NCBI GenBank assembly: GCA_951406725.2
Contig: OX597817.1
Location: 21,514,001-21,578,000 of the forward strand
From: Octopus vulgaris
Lineage: Eukaryota
DNA length: 64,000 bases
Reading direction: 5' to 3'
Shown one piece after another: positions 41,497 through 55,982 of this stretch. The notes beneath the pieces are model-generated. The model did not search any database, had not been told where the DNA came from, and saw nothing but the letters and a program-made list of their open reading frames with translations. The position numbers and the translations under genes are program-made. Position 1 is the stretch's first letter. Each line of letters begins with the position of its first letter.

Positions 41497-41722
41497 GCGC
41501 GTGTCTTACTGATTATATGTATTCAGCTCACGATTGTGAGGTCTAGAGTTTGCTTCTCGAAAGTACCTTGTCCTTGAGCAAACAGTTTATTTCACATTGC
41601 TCCAGTTCGCCTAACCTTGTTACATTCTGTGTGACGCTGAATCTTCCTGAGAACTACTTTAAGGGTACGCTCGGCTATAGGGTTCTCAGCCACTTGCACG
41701 TTAATGTCACGAGCAGGCTGTT
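41497..41722 (+). mobile_element. Degenerate tRNA-derived SINE family C
   Basis: GGCGCGTGTCTTACTGATTA...CTCACGATTGTGAGGT head and GTCCTTGAGCAAA..TTTATTTCACATTGCTCCAGT body; similar to 2860-3047. Confidence 0.7.
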
Positions 41723-41726
41723 CTGC

Positions 41727-42226
41727 TAAAGATGGTCATTTTCCTAGCGCTGACTTGAATGACTGCTGGAATGACCATATCCAAGATTCTCTGCTAGTTT
41801 CTCAACAGTTACGATGGTATTTTGCTTCACCATGATTTGGTGAACGTCCTTGTTGTACTCTACAGATCTTTCAGGACAGTTTCCGTTTCGGAATTTTTAG
41901 AACCACCGTTCACACAGGCTTTCGCTTACTCTCCGACCCCCATATATTGCATTAACATTCCTCGAATTTTCCGTTGCCTTGTTGCATTTATTGAACTGAT
42001 AAAGGAAAATATGCCGAATATGTTCCTTTGTCACTTCCATTGTAGCTTTGAAAATATAACTGTTATATCGAACTGCACCCTTCAAAATTTCACTAAGAAT
42101 AAAGACATGGTAAGATCACTACCTGCATTTATAGCAAGTTGATGCAGGAAGTTTATCCCGTTCCCCTCGACTTTTAGTTCATGCAATTGAAAAACAAATA
42201 CGCATTATTTATGGGATGAGCCAATA
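41727..42226 (-). mobile_element. Mariner (DD34D-type) element 5' fragment: TIR plus transposase HTH
   Basis: MEVTKEHIRHIFLYQFNKCNKATENSRNVNAIYG...CERWF is a typical mariner N-terminal HTH. TIR-like TATTGGCTCATCCCATAAATAATGCG at 42226-42201. Confidence 0.88.
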
Positions 42227-42737
42227 GTCATATATATCTTTCATTATATGTTTCTTACTTTTATGTGGAAACACAATTATTGTAATCACTACACATGTTT
42301 ATAATTTTCAGTTTTGGTATAATTTTACTACATCTGACATAATGAAAAATAATACACCTTGAGTTTGTAACTTCATGGAATTCTTTTATCTAATTGCAAA
42401 GTTAAATTAGCCACAAAAAATATAAGTAAAGTCTAGCCAAGCACTAGCGATAAATTAAATAACAAAGGACGTTAAAAAATCTACATCGATGTGTGGAGTT
42501 TCCTGTTTTGACAAATATTTTGTAAATAATTATTCTAATGGACACACCATACGTAATCAAGCAAGTAATGTGATTAGTTAATGACAATTACATAAACGTA
42601 GGAGGTTGTCGTCAATGGAAGTATTCGCAAAAACCAACAAAAATAAATTATTATTTGTCGGAAATTAACAGTTAGTATTAAACAAAAATTAGTAGGTTAA
42701 CGTAATGAGAAAATATTCGTAACACACAAACTCACAA

Positions 42738-42822
<85 letters not shown>

Positions 42823-42900
42823 TATACATTTGCGTGTGTGTGTGAATGTGTATGTATGTTTTTGTGGAAGCATCTATGTAGATGCATGCATATATAATAG

Positions 42901-42957
<57 letters not shown>

Positions 42958-43879
42958 ATATATATATATATATATATTTAAATGTACACAATATACAGTT
43001 ACGAGCACTGCCGAGAACTTCTGTGTGATTTGGGGAAACTCTTCTACTAAAGCCCACTGGCATATCTCTCCCCTAGCGAATTTACTAACTATTTCAAAAT
43101 TCCAAGCTTTATGTGGAAAGGAGGACATAGGACATTACATGGATCTGCAAGAGGTGTATTCTTGACGCAAGACAGTCCGGGCTGGTATGGCGTTCTTGTC
43201 TGCCAGTTTGATTCCGAATAATGTCTGTCAGTTGGCCGACTATTCCATAGACACAAGAAACAACAACATCATGTGAAACCTGACTGCATTCCCTTTAACA
43301 TTCCAATAACTTTTAAATCTCTACATATTTTCCATGAGTATCTTTCATATGCAATGACATGAAATAAAAGTTCCACATTTTCATACGATTCATGAAGATG
43401 AACGGAGGGTTTCATGCATGCAATTTGTAGTGGTTATCTCTTCCTCAGAAACAGGGGAGAGGAAAAGCAGACGCAGGGCGCTGAGAACTGTGTTGGTGTA
43501 TTTTCACATATTTGTGTACAGTGAAAACTTTTCATGATGACACAATACTATGAATATGTATCTTACGAATTCGAATATGCCTCGGTTATATTTGAACAAG
43601 TAACAATATTGTACCTGTATATTAATGAATTGAAAAATCGAAGAAGCACTTTATGACAAAATTACAAAAATGATACGAAATATATCCGAGATATGATTAC
43701 ACCGGATACATTTCAAGAACACATTAGTCGACAAGGGAATAATTTCTGTATGACATGTTAGAATATTTGACAGATATTTTCGGAAAAGCAGCTTCTCGAT
43801 TGTTTCGCAACCTTCACAAATATATAGATAAGTTAAAGAATAACGAGATAAAAAAAGAAAAGGAAAACCAAAAACTTTC

Positions 43880-45460
43880 CACGTCTTGTGTATCACAGGA
43901 CACATTTCACAGAATTCCATCATTGTATGTGATACATATCCCCAAATTATTTAACCAATAGATTTATTAGGAAATTATGAAAGGAATGCTTTATAGTACA
44001 CAAAATACTTGAAAGAAAAACTGACCAAATGGTCCGAGCAAATATGGTGTTTCAGGACAAACTTATGAAAATCTTTTGGAGAGGCGAATGGTACAGTCTA
44101 TCATGTTCGTTTAATGGTAATTAATAAGGACGATGACTTCAGTCAATGACTTCAACTATTGAAGTACATTAAAGTTGAAGAGCATTGAGGTTTCTGTCAA
44201 TACTATATCTTCCTTGTGCCAAACCTACGGAAGTGTTTGTATTTCATTGTTGCAGACGAGCCATATCTCTACAACCAAAATAAAATATCTGTCATTGCAT
44301 TTCGGAAAATTTTCAGCCAGCAGAAAGGAACGATGGCCATGGCAGGATCTGCAGCACTTCCGCAAGGAACGATTACGTCGTCGGGAGTAGAAATTGAGGA
44401 TTAATTCTGGCTTTGCAACATTTTCTGTGGAACGCATTTAACAGACGTGATGCTATTTCAGTGTGGGGTATGTGCAATATGTCGTGCTTCGATAACAGGG
44501 TGATTTGACCCTTAAATCTGGCGTCATTGAATTAAATTCCATGCAGACCTACTCGCTAGTCACAAATGCTAGTCTAAGGAGTTTTGTTTTCAAATTGTGC
44601 AAGCATATCGTGCACATCAGGATAATTCCTACATTCTTAGACAATACAGCCAGTGATAAAGTAAGTCAAAGTAATTGAACTAGAATGAAAATGCATAAAA
44701 TTGCCAAGTGACTGGTATGATCTCTTGATCGCAATTTCATAAATGACGACAGTATTCAAAAATTTACATCTGCAAAGGGCAGAATACTTTTTGAGTATAT
44801 CACGCACATATTCCATCACAGTAAATCTCTGTATTTGATAGTACGATAAAGTATACTAGCGATTACCACGTTTTCAATGTTCCCCAGGACGCAATACGTT
44901 TTAGCTACATTGAATCGTCAATACATTTAATTAAGTGCTTATAGACTCCACAAAGGACTTGCATACCAAATATTACGTAAAGGGAGAAAGAAGCCCTAAG
45001 ATAGTGTTGGAATGTACAAAAAATACAAATAACAGATGAGTTAACCTTGGGATGGAAGAGCATGTTATCATATCTGTAGTGCCGTTGGTCATGGATTCTT
45101 CAGGTTGGTTATTTGGTTAAGCAGCAACGGAGTCTCCAGTTTATAAAAAAAAACTATCTGTAATACTTTGAAACTTTATAACGATGCATTACAAGGAAGG
45201 AAAACATTATATTCGTTTACGACTTTACAGAAATCTGTAACATTATATAAATTGCTAACCGAAATATATTGTTCAGTCGTTTTTCAAATGACACATTTCA
45301 GACATCAGAAATTACTACCTCGAATCATTCATAGATTTACGATTTACTGATAACAAACAATTAAAGTTCAAGTAAGCTATAGCAAATAATGTGTACAGGG
45401 AATCATCAAAAATGGTCAATGAGGCAGTGAGTTATTGCATTCAACATTGGCAGTGTGAAT
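43880..45460 (+). pseudogene. Highly decayed Helitron RepHel helicase region
   Basis: Collinear motif remnants across frames: ECFIVHKIL; GQTYE..FGEA; CLYFIVA..KISVI..KIFSQQKGTMAMA; LCNIFCGT (44411-44434); VWGMCNMS (44461-44484, compare VWDECTMS); DLTLK; QTYSLV; VFKNL; CIQHWQ (compare CFSHGQ). Confidence 0.55.
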
Positions 45461-48206
45461 AAGAGAATCAAAATAAAGAAAGATCCATGTGAAAGCACTC
45501 GAAAGTTTCTTTAGGGTAGTTGTATTGTGTTCTCAGTGTAACATGCACTTACCTAATATAAATGATGGCAAATTCATGATATGAACACTAATATATTAAA
45601 TGACTAAATCTCACAGCATTCACGAACAATTCATACATAAGGAAATGCATTAGAACGTTTGCATCAGCAATATTAAACCAACAAGCTACAGCTTTAAGTA
45701 GTCTATAGATTCATGATATTAGATACAGTCCATTATCCAATATACACGGTATATTTAACCAGCAAACAGGGTGTCTAGCATTCTGTAACGTAGCATAATC
45801 AATATAGAATTAAGTGATAAACTTAAGTAAAATGCACCCCAAAGAGCTTTATTAAATTTATTATAGCCCTTATAGGCACAAAGAAAAGGTATGAGTAATA
45901 TTACATTGTAAATATATATAAATATGTGATTCGCCATTATATTTCTTTTCTCACGTTCACTCTTTCTTACTTTCTCACAAAATTGCTTTCACAGCACTCA
46001 GCTATCGATTATACACAGACACTAACACTCTATACATGAACTTTAAAAAACTTCGCTATAATTCTACTTTTGCACACGTCTCTAACAAGCTCGCCCATTA
46101 TGTCCTCTTCCACAGATTAGTACACTCATATAACCGCTGCTTCTTTGTTTATTATCTTGCTCAATAGAACAGAACGTTTAGCCAGTTTCCAATCCATCAG
46201 CTATTTTCTTTTATATATTTTACTACCTGGTTCTATGCACCATACTATCTAGGCTACCCTTTATATTTATTTCCTGATGAACAATACCTGGAGGATAAGA
46301 AGATTATCCCGTTCCTTCTTGGTCGCTGTTTTTTCTTCTTGATTATTCTTTCGTTATGTCTCATTGTTATGAAGGAAATTTAATGATGTTAATCGAACAG
46401 TTAGTGGTCAGGGAAATCCAAGTTAAGAATAAAATGAAAGTGAAAATTAATGTAAAGTTTGTGTTAGCTGTGACGCCGAGGTTTGCGTGACGTTTTCCCC
46501 AAACACGCTCGTTGAATCGGCCCTCCACTGGAAGTATATGAATTGGCTATCCAACGAATAGCACACTTACACACACTCACACACACACGATACTGTAGAA
46601 TTATGGAAAATATAGTGAGTGAAAACTATACGGAGGATTGTTCTATATTTACAAACATGCGATTTTGAGCTAGTACTAAACGTGTAAGTGAATTAACAAT
46701 TAATCCATTCGCATTAAGTCTAAAGGTGACTGAGTAAAAATATATAGCTGATCGCTTATTTAATAACATAGAGCTTCCTTTGAAAAGTAATTAGAGTTTT
46801 CTCTTTATTATTTCCATTATGCTTCCTGTTTCTTTTCCACTCTGTCTCTCCATCTTCCTCTGCCTCCAGACATCATGTAGATGTTCTGATGGATGGAAGG
46901 TGCGTGAGTACACAATGTTACATAAGCACCTTCGATAATTAGCAAAAGCATGGTACATGCCATCAAGTTGTACTTGCTTGTTTGTAACGCCTGTAACAAT
47001 TATCTGATTGGTTCCCTACTGGGATGATAAGTTGAACCAGTATAGTCAATCACATCGACTCCTGTGCTTATTGGAATCTAGTTATATGACTTTAAAGCAC
47101 AACTCTGATTTGTTAGTTGAATATTTTTGTTTTGTATAGTTGTTGCAAAATAACATTCTGCAGATAAATTCCACTTCGCAATTACACATGATAGTTAAAT
47201 CAAATATACTTTATATATAAATAAGTGCTTAGTAAAATAACAGGGTAAAACAGTTAGTATTATAGGCAGGAAAGAATATAAGGAGAAACATAAAAAAAGA
47301 ATAACGTAAAATTAAATAAAACAGGGTAACTGATAATAAAATGCAAAAATGAAATAAAAGATAAAGTGAAACAATAGAGTATACAATACAGATAGCAGAG
47401 TACAAAGAGGTCCAGTATTCAGTAATAAGCATAATTAATTATAATTGTCCTAATTTAACGATCAAGCATATAAATGACATGTAGGTTCGTGGATATAAAT
47501 GTTATAAAAGTTTTAGAATTTTTCAATTTTTAAAGAAATTTTAAAAAATCTGAAAGAATGAATAAAAATGGATTTAAAATAGATAGTTACACAAATTGAT
47601 AGACAGATAAATGGGTTACAAGTCCTGTGTGTGCGCGCAGTGTGTGTGTAGATGTGCATGGGTGTGTGTGTGCTTGTACAGTGTGTGTTTATAGCTAGTC
47701 ACAAATGGATACATACATATAGGTTTCTGTATAAGAATGTGTCTCACTTTGTGTATTAATGCGAGGTGTGAATGTATTTCCATGCCTACGCTGATTACAC
47801 AAACATATATAAAAATATAGATATCTAAGTAACAATGCGTAAATATACGTGTCTACATAAACGCGTGTATAATCCAACGTTGCAATTTTTAAGTAGGTGC
47901 CAGCATATGCAAACTATACAGGTTTCATCTTCTGTAAGCAATGCTATTATAAACTGTGGCTTACATCCTTACATGCAAAATATTTTTTTGCAATTTCATC
48001 GAGCACTTTCATCGAGATTTTAATATTATGAGCTCCATTTTATTCATTTGAATATTGCACGCATCGAATGTTTCACTTATGTCTGTGAATATATATATAT
48101 ATATGCATACATACATACATATACATATATAAAAATATATAATGCACAATATACATATATATACATATATAAAAATATATAAAGTACAGTATATCTATCT
48201 ATCTAT

Positions 48207-48288
<82 letters not shown>

Positions 48289-48658
48289 CGGTTATATGAT
48301 AATACTCATTTATATGAATTTCACATCTGGGATGAATAGATGAATAAATATAGATTATACAGATATGGACGAGTATGTATAATATGAAATAAGTTACCTA
48401 AAATAAAAAAAATCATTTACAACGCTCATATGATATACCAATGTACTAAACGCCCTGTACTAGTAAAAATGTACCTATGTTATAATAAACTTGATAGTGT
48501 GAGAATTGAAATGGTAAATCTCTACTAAATAACCGTAGCTGCTTTGTTAAATGATTTAATGTGTAGCGGAAAGTAGTGATGAAGTCGTTCGTGCAGTGCG
48601 TTTTGCAACACTAACAGAGTTCGATACTTACAGGAGGTGTTTGATGATATGCCTGTCT

Positions 48659-49070
<412 letters not shown>

Positions 49071-49584
49071 TACACGTATATGCTTGAATGTACAATTGCA
49101 TACGATTACGTTCTACTATTTTGCTTCATATATATATTACATACGCCATATTATATCTCTCTAAAAAAATTTTCATTTCTCATAATACATTTATATATAC
49201 TAATGTTCTAATATAAATCTACAGTATGGAATTACATTTGTCTCCTTTCTCATTCTTTCTGTTTCTCTCCTCGAATACATTCTATCGTTTTCTAAATATC
49301 TGAAGTTGCTATATTTCCGGCATATATAGAGACATATATGCACATTCATCGAAAAATATGGCTAACTACAATACAAAGCTTCGAGTGTAGTAAATCGTTT
49401 CGCCTCGCATAAGACGTTCCATAATGAATTGAAAAAAAAAAATAAAGCAATCTTTTATCCCGATGTTAGAAACAGAGAATAGGGAAAATAAAAATAAAAA
49501 TATTAAATCATCTCGAAATCTAAAGTATTCATCTTATGGCGATTAATATTTTCAAGGAATCGTATGTTACTTTGATATTCATAG

Positions 49585-49623
<39 letters not shown>

Positions 49624-49697
49624 TTATATATATATATACACTTATATATATTTATATATAACGTATACACACATACATATATATGCATACATATATA

Positions 49698-49740
<43 letters not shown>

Positions 49741-49796
49741 GTATACACACGCACCCATATATATACATATATATATGTATGTACACATATATATAA

Positions 49797-49857
<61 letters not shown>

Positions 49858-50306
49858 CATATATATATATATAAATATAGATGTACGTATGTATATATGT
49901 ATAAAGAAGAAAGAAAGAGGGGAAAATATAAAAATAAAAACCAACCCATTTTGCAAACTGCGTAAGATGCACATCCATAGCATCATAGTTATATCGTAGA
50001 TCAAGGCCAATAGTACTAATGCTGGATGGCAAAATGCTGAAACGACAGGCAAAGCCAGTACATTTAAATGGCACTAAGAGATGAAAGTAACTTATATGAG
50101 ACATCGCAGAGTTCAAAATATCATACATCTTCTCGTTTTCAGAATGTTACTGCATCATAATATAATAAATCTTCTCGGTAGCGAGACTTTTAAAAGGTAT
50201 CTATTACTAAAAACCGTTAAAATAAATGCTTAAATCATTCAAAGATATATAAATGTACAAAGATATATTCTCTGAGAATTATAGATATTTATACGTGTAT
50301 AAGTGC

Positions 50307-50364
<58 letters not shown>

Positions 50365-50574
50365 ACACACACACACACATACACACACTCACATATATAT
50401 ATATTAAACACGCATGATATAATGATAGATAGATATGTATATATATATATGTGTGTGTGTAGATTTATTTGTACATAACATATACACGTATCAATGTGCA
50501 CATATATTTATGTAAACACATTCCCTGTAGGCACCCATACCTATATACATGTATATCGCTACTGTTTGCTGAGC

Positions 50575-51310
50575 TACAGAATTATTTAAAACTTCCTCTG
50601 ATATGTGGCATTTGTTGAATGAGAGTGATTCTTACTGCTGCTCTAAACAGTGTTTCCTACCGTGAGGTACGCTCTTCTGAACCATGTAATGGTGCCCCTT
50701 TATGCTGTTTGTGTAACTTTCAATGCCAAAGTTTGGTACAAAGCCTTCCAGGATTTTCCAGATGGATATCACTTCATATCTGTTCTGCCTTCGTTCAGCG
50801 TTTACCAGTAGCTGACATGCTGCATTGAGTCGATTTTCCTTATGTAACTTCGTTGGATTGCTTCGAGTTCTGATGTTTATATACTGCGTAATAACCATAG
50901 TTGCGATCAGTAGTGCAAATCAGCTGAGGACATAGGCCCTCCGAGGGCCTCTCATAATCTCCTTTTCTTTCAGTTTAAAAGTGCGGAGGATCCATCCAGA
51001 TACCCGTGCCCATTTTATTTCCAACTTTGTGAGAGTGAACTGGAAAGAAGCATCATTGCATATGACAATGATCTTATCACGCATTGATTTTGATTCAGGG
51101 TTTGCAGTTCGTCCGGCGCCAGTGTATACTGTCTGGTTGTCGTTCAGTCTTGTGTGTCGTTAGCGTAGGGCTTGGAATTTTTCTACATTAAACTGCATGT
51201 TGTTGTCCTCAGCCCACCTGGATATTGCGTCGAAGTCCCGTTGCAGATGCACAATTTTTGCAAGGTTTTGTATAATCTGAGAGACTTTTGTGTCATCTGT
51301 ATAACTAACA
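50575..51310 (-). mobile_element. CR1/L2-group LINE reverse-transcriptase C-terminal fragment
   Basis: Minus strand VSYTDDTKVSQII...HLQRDFDAISRWAEDNNMQFNVEKFQAL; GWILRTF; ELEAIQRSY; ERRQNRYEVISIWKILEGFVPN. Confidence 0.9.
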
Positions 51311-51324
51311 TGGCAGTTCGGCCA

Positions 51325-51515
51325 TATAGATCGATCGAATAAGCACCAGGGTTAAGAAACAAGTCCTGGAGTCGGTTTGTTCGACTAAATCCTTGCAGTG
51401 GTCAAGCTTGGATGCCATCTAATGACCGACCCGAATAAAGGCATAAAAACATATATCGTAAAGAAGGCCGCACTCCAGCATGGCAGCAGTCACATGACTG
51501 AAAGAAGTAAACGAA
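51325..51515 (+). mobile_element. SINE family B 3' fragments
   Basis: GAATAAGCACCAGG..AAGTCCTGGAGTCG..TTCGACTAAA and CTCCAGCATGGCAGCAGTCACATGACTGAAAGAAGTAAA. Confidence 0.65.
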
Positions 51516-51543
51516 TATATATAAGTGTGTGTGTGATTGTATG

Positions 51544-51580
<37 letters not shown>

Positions 51581-52844
51581 GTATATATGTGTGTATATTA
51601 TTGATAGATAGAAAGATAGATACCCTCCCAATTTTTAGTAGTCTCTTCTTATCCCTTTCGGTTTTTTCTGTGTGTGTGTCTGTTTGCCTGCTGTCTGTGT
51701 CTGTTCAACCTCGTCTTCTGACTATAATTACACATGACACCGTATTTCGGTGGTCTCATTGCCTTGATACCATCATTCATATTTCATATTTGTTTCTCAA
51801 TTTTAAACGTGACACACTTTGGCAATTCCAAACTATTCCTAGTAACTCTAGTAATGTCTGTATCATATCGTATGAATGCTTAATGCTAGTTTTCAAATTT
51901 TGGAATATTTTTGGCATTTTACGTGAATATTAATTGATTGGTTACTTCATTAATTTTTGCTTGATTCAGACATCAATGGCATAAAGCAGGTAATTACGGT
52001 TAATGAATTTCTTGGAAAAATAGTCCATTAGAAGTTTCAATTTCATTCAAGGATTTTGTCCAGATGACTCATCGACCGGACTTCAAGTTCAAATTAATGA
52101 ATATGAGAATTCTTTCGTTGATTAAATATATATTAAATTAACTTAGATTCTCAGAAAAGTATGGGTTGTAACATGATTATTTTTGTTTTTTAATATGTAT
52201 CACATATGAAACAATGTGATCTCCAGATGTATTTCGTTGAAGGCTAAATAAAAAAAACTCATTTAAAGAATAGTGAATCAAATACAATTGGTTAATGGCA
52301 TCTTGTACATATGAATGGTATAATATAATTAAGCAAATATTTGCAAAATCATTTCATAATACATTCCCTTTGAGATTCCGATTTTATAGTTATTTAGTTG
52401 GCCGTTTCTCTTCTCCTCTTCTCATAAGGTTCCAATACTATCATGCTTCCTCTGTTCGCATGTCTACAATACTAATAACATTCTGTCATTTTTCTCCCTC
52501 TCCATCCCTTCTCTCTCTTTCACCTCTATTTCTCTCTCTTTTGATATTCTATCCGCTTTGGCAACGTACTCTCCTCATCTAGTAAGATATAGAATGTTTT
52601 CACCATTTCTGAAGGATGAATTCCATCTATTTGGCCTTACTTTCGTATGTTTTAACTGAAGAAAGTATTGCGTGACAGACTAATTTCCTTTCACATATAG
52701 CGCTATGATCTAAAATATACCTATTAACAGTATTCAAAATATCATCACATTATTTCACTTCATTCTTATACACTATATGCGTCTATGCCAGAACAAGATA
52801 ACCAGAGTTAATTTCATATATACGGACACTATAAAAAGTATTTG

Positions 52845-53050
52845 GTGTGATTTGGTCTATTCCGCACGAATCATAAATTCTGGTACAGTAAAGATGGAGC
52901 TTCTTTGAACTTCTTTTCTTCAAATCCTCAGATGTAAGATCTGTGTCCTGGAGATGGATGCTCGTCTCACTCATCCTACGATGTAATCCATCTATAAATA
53001 TTGCCTTGGAGCAGCGAGTACCCCCAAAAAGCTTTTGGATTTGTAACACT
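52845..53050 (-). mobile_element. Degenerate CR1-like LINE fragment (linker before RT)
   Basis: VTNPKAFWGY, LQDTDLTSEDLKK and SCGIDQITP resemble KxNPKxFWxY, LxxIxFTxEDIxK and SPGPDxIxP, in order. Confidence 0.5.
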
Positions 53051-53424
53051 TTTCTTCAACCACTTTGTATGCAAATATATACACATAACTTGCATTTAAT
53101 GTATTTAATATACTTTATATATTCATTTGTCGAACTTGTTTATTGCTACAGTTACTTATATATATATATAATGCATTATATGTGTGATAAATAATATATT
53201 ATAGGAGTATTTTACATCATATATATATATATATATATATATGTATATCATATACTTAAACACAGTTGTATGTATTAATTGTGCCTGACATAATATACAA
53301 TTATATACATGTAAGAAATTTGTATGTGGGTTGAGATTGTTAATGCAAACATGCTACAAGCGTATTCTCTTGTAAATGTGAATATATATATATGTATATT
53401 AGACATATGATATATTTATGTGCG

Positions 53425-53546
<122 letters not shown>

Positions 53547-53947
53547 TTACGCACATGTGTTTGATGAAAGCTATTTGCAGATACCCCGAAAACTGTAAAC
53601 TGTAAGAGGTCTGTCTAGGTTGCTTCAGCAATCACTTTAATAACACGATCGCATAAATCATTTCAGATCCCTAGCGGCGAATGAACATCAAGCACGAACT
53701 TGCTGACTAAGATGGCAAAATTTTAATTAAAGTGATGTACGTTTCAGATTATCAATACCATATCATTGCCGATGCCATCAACTGTAGCATCTTACGTCAC
53801 TGTTAAACTTATACATGAATGTCAACAACAACGACACCATCAGTGGCAATATCACTAGAATGGTAATAATAATTTTAGTAGCATTTCTCAAGCTTTCAGT
53901 TCGAAGAAATAATAATACCATTGAAAAAAATAATAACAACAACAACG

Positions 53948-53981
<34 letters not shown>

Positions 53982-54004
53982 TAATAATAATAATAATAAT
54001 AATA

Positions 54005-54456
54005 AAGAATAACGCCAAGAACAATAGAGCAAATATTCTGCTGAACATCACAGATTTGCTTATGAGTTGCTTGGCCATATACAGTCGAACCTGTCCCTAG
54101 TGGCTGACGATATGCGCATCTCGAATCACAAGGAGAAATACTGGGGGAGCATCATAGCCATGTGTTGAGAGGAATTCTTTCGGGTTTGAATAATTCACCT
54201 CTCAAAACATGGGTGTTTTGTTCAACATCATTAAACGAGCCTTATTCAAGGACCTTTTCAGGGGAAAGTGCTAATCAATTGGAACAAAATTCTAATTGGG
54301 TTTCATTTACGCGGCCATGCGATCCCCATGTCGCGCACATTTGGTTATGAATCAAGTGTCTGGCGTACATTTTTCAGTCAGGTAGTCATGATGGGTATAA
54401 TGGGCTTCCTATATTTGTACCCCAGTGTCACTCTGATGGCATGCACTGCTCTCTCA
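54005..54456 (+). mobile_element. Non-coding interspersed repeat embedded in (AAT)n; probable 5'-truncated retroposon 3' end
   Basis: GC-richer block of about 450 bp flanked on both sides by (AAT)n. It ends GGCATGCACTGCTCTCTC-(AAT)n, with a subterminal GGGTA/TACCC hairpin. Confidence 0.55.
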
Positions 54457-54480
54457 ATAATAATAATAATAATAATAATG

Positions 54481-54572
<92 letters not shown>

Positions 54573-54637
54573 TATCGTAATGATAATCGTAATGATAATA
54601 GTAGTAATATTCGTTATAATAATATGATAATGAGGTA

Positions 54638-54846
54638 ATGCAGTGAGCTGGCAGAAGCGTTAGCACAATGGGCGAAATGCTTAGCAGTATTCCGTCGCTA
54701 TTTTCTGAGTTCAAATTCCGCCAAGGTCGACTTTGCCTTTCATCCTTTCGGGGTCGATAAATTAACTACCAGTTGCGTACTGGAGTCGATCTAATCGACT
54801 GCCTCCCTCCACCCAAATTTCGGGACTTGTGTCTAGGGTAGAAAAG
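54638..54846 (+). mobile_element. SINE family A monomer (tailB) with a perfect 17-bp target-site duplication
   Basis: AATATGATAATGAGGTA at 54621-54637 and 54847-54863; family A head, B-box and core between them. Confidence 0.95.
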
Positions 54847-55919
54847 AATATGATAATGAGGTAGTGATCTTAACATGTCGTATATAAAATTATGCTAAAT
54901 TCCTATGATATGGGCTTGCTTACTCTACTCTTACTTCCGTTTTAGGATTCATTGCTTGTTAAGAATATTTCACTGAATATTTGCCGCAAAGAGAACTGTT
55001 ATCACAAACAGTTCACATAAATGTACAATTGTGTGTGTTTGTGACTGTTATAAATGAGAACATTCATTTGCAAGTGTGTCGGGTAGGAGGATGGAATGTA
55101 TGTGCTCACAAAAGACAGTAGGAAAAAAAATTAAACTTTGGAAATCCACAAGCATTATTTTCTCAGAACGTCAGTTAGCGAACCTATTTGAATGTATGTG
55201 CACACACTGTATTTAAATGTGACACGCTAATTTTTGAGCTGCAAGAAGCAGATTTGAATGTCTTAGCTGATGACGTATTCAAACGCAGAAACGCACTCGT
55301 CGTATGATCTAATAGTTTCATTCACAACCAAAGGTGTTTCCACAAATGTCATCTAGGATACGCTTCTTCTCGGACTATTTCTGTAGCGAAATTTTTATCA
55401 TTTACGCATGTCCTCGACTGAGACTTTATATGGAAATATTTTATTTTACGCAGCTTCGTGAAACATTACATAAGTAATTATATTTTGAGTATATTTCACA
55501 CCCGAGAGCAAATGTACTGTTTTCTGTTCTAATATATAAACGAATCATTTAATTCTTGCTGTGCAATGTAGATTTGTTATTCTTAAATGGAGAGTAACAT
55601 TGTAGAATCGCATGTGGCCTATACACAGACTAATATATTTTTACGTTAAGTCGTCTAGAGGGAGATGTTTGTAGTGCTGCCAGTTAAAAGAGAAATGCGC
55701 CACTGTAGTCAAATATGTTCGATGTAGCTTGATAGGAAACAATGTGTTTGTGTGCGTGTGTTTATCTTTATGTGTATGCATGTCAATGTCTATATGTATA
55801 TACATTTATATGTGTGTGTGTGAATGCTTGCCTTTATCGGTATTCCTACGTGATTCGTGTGTCCACGAGGCCATGTATGTGTGTGCGCCTGTCACTATGT
55901 GCGTACCTACGTGAACATG

Positions 55920-55982
<63 letters not shown>

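Noticed and set aside
44216-44404. Candidate terminal exon after TTTCATTGTTGCAG
   Set aside because: Better explained as part of the collinear Helitron helicase relic.
54385-54445. ATGA...GA hairpin as a possible SECIS
   Set aside because: The AA spacing and the helix adjacent to the GA quartet do not fit a SECIS.
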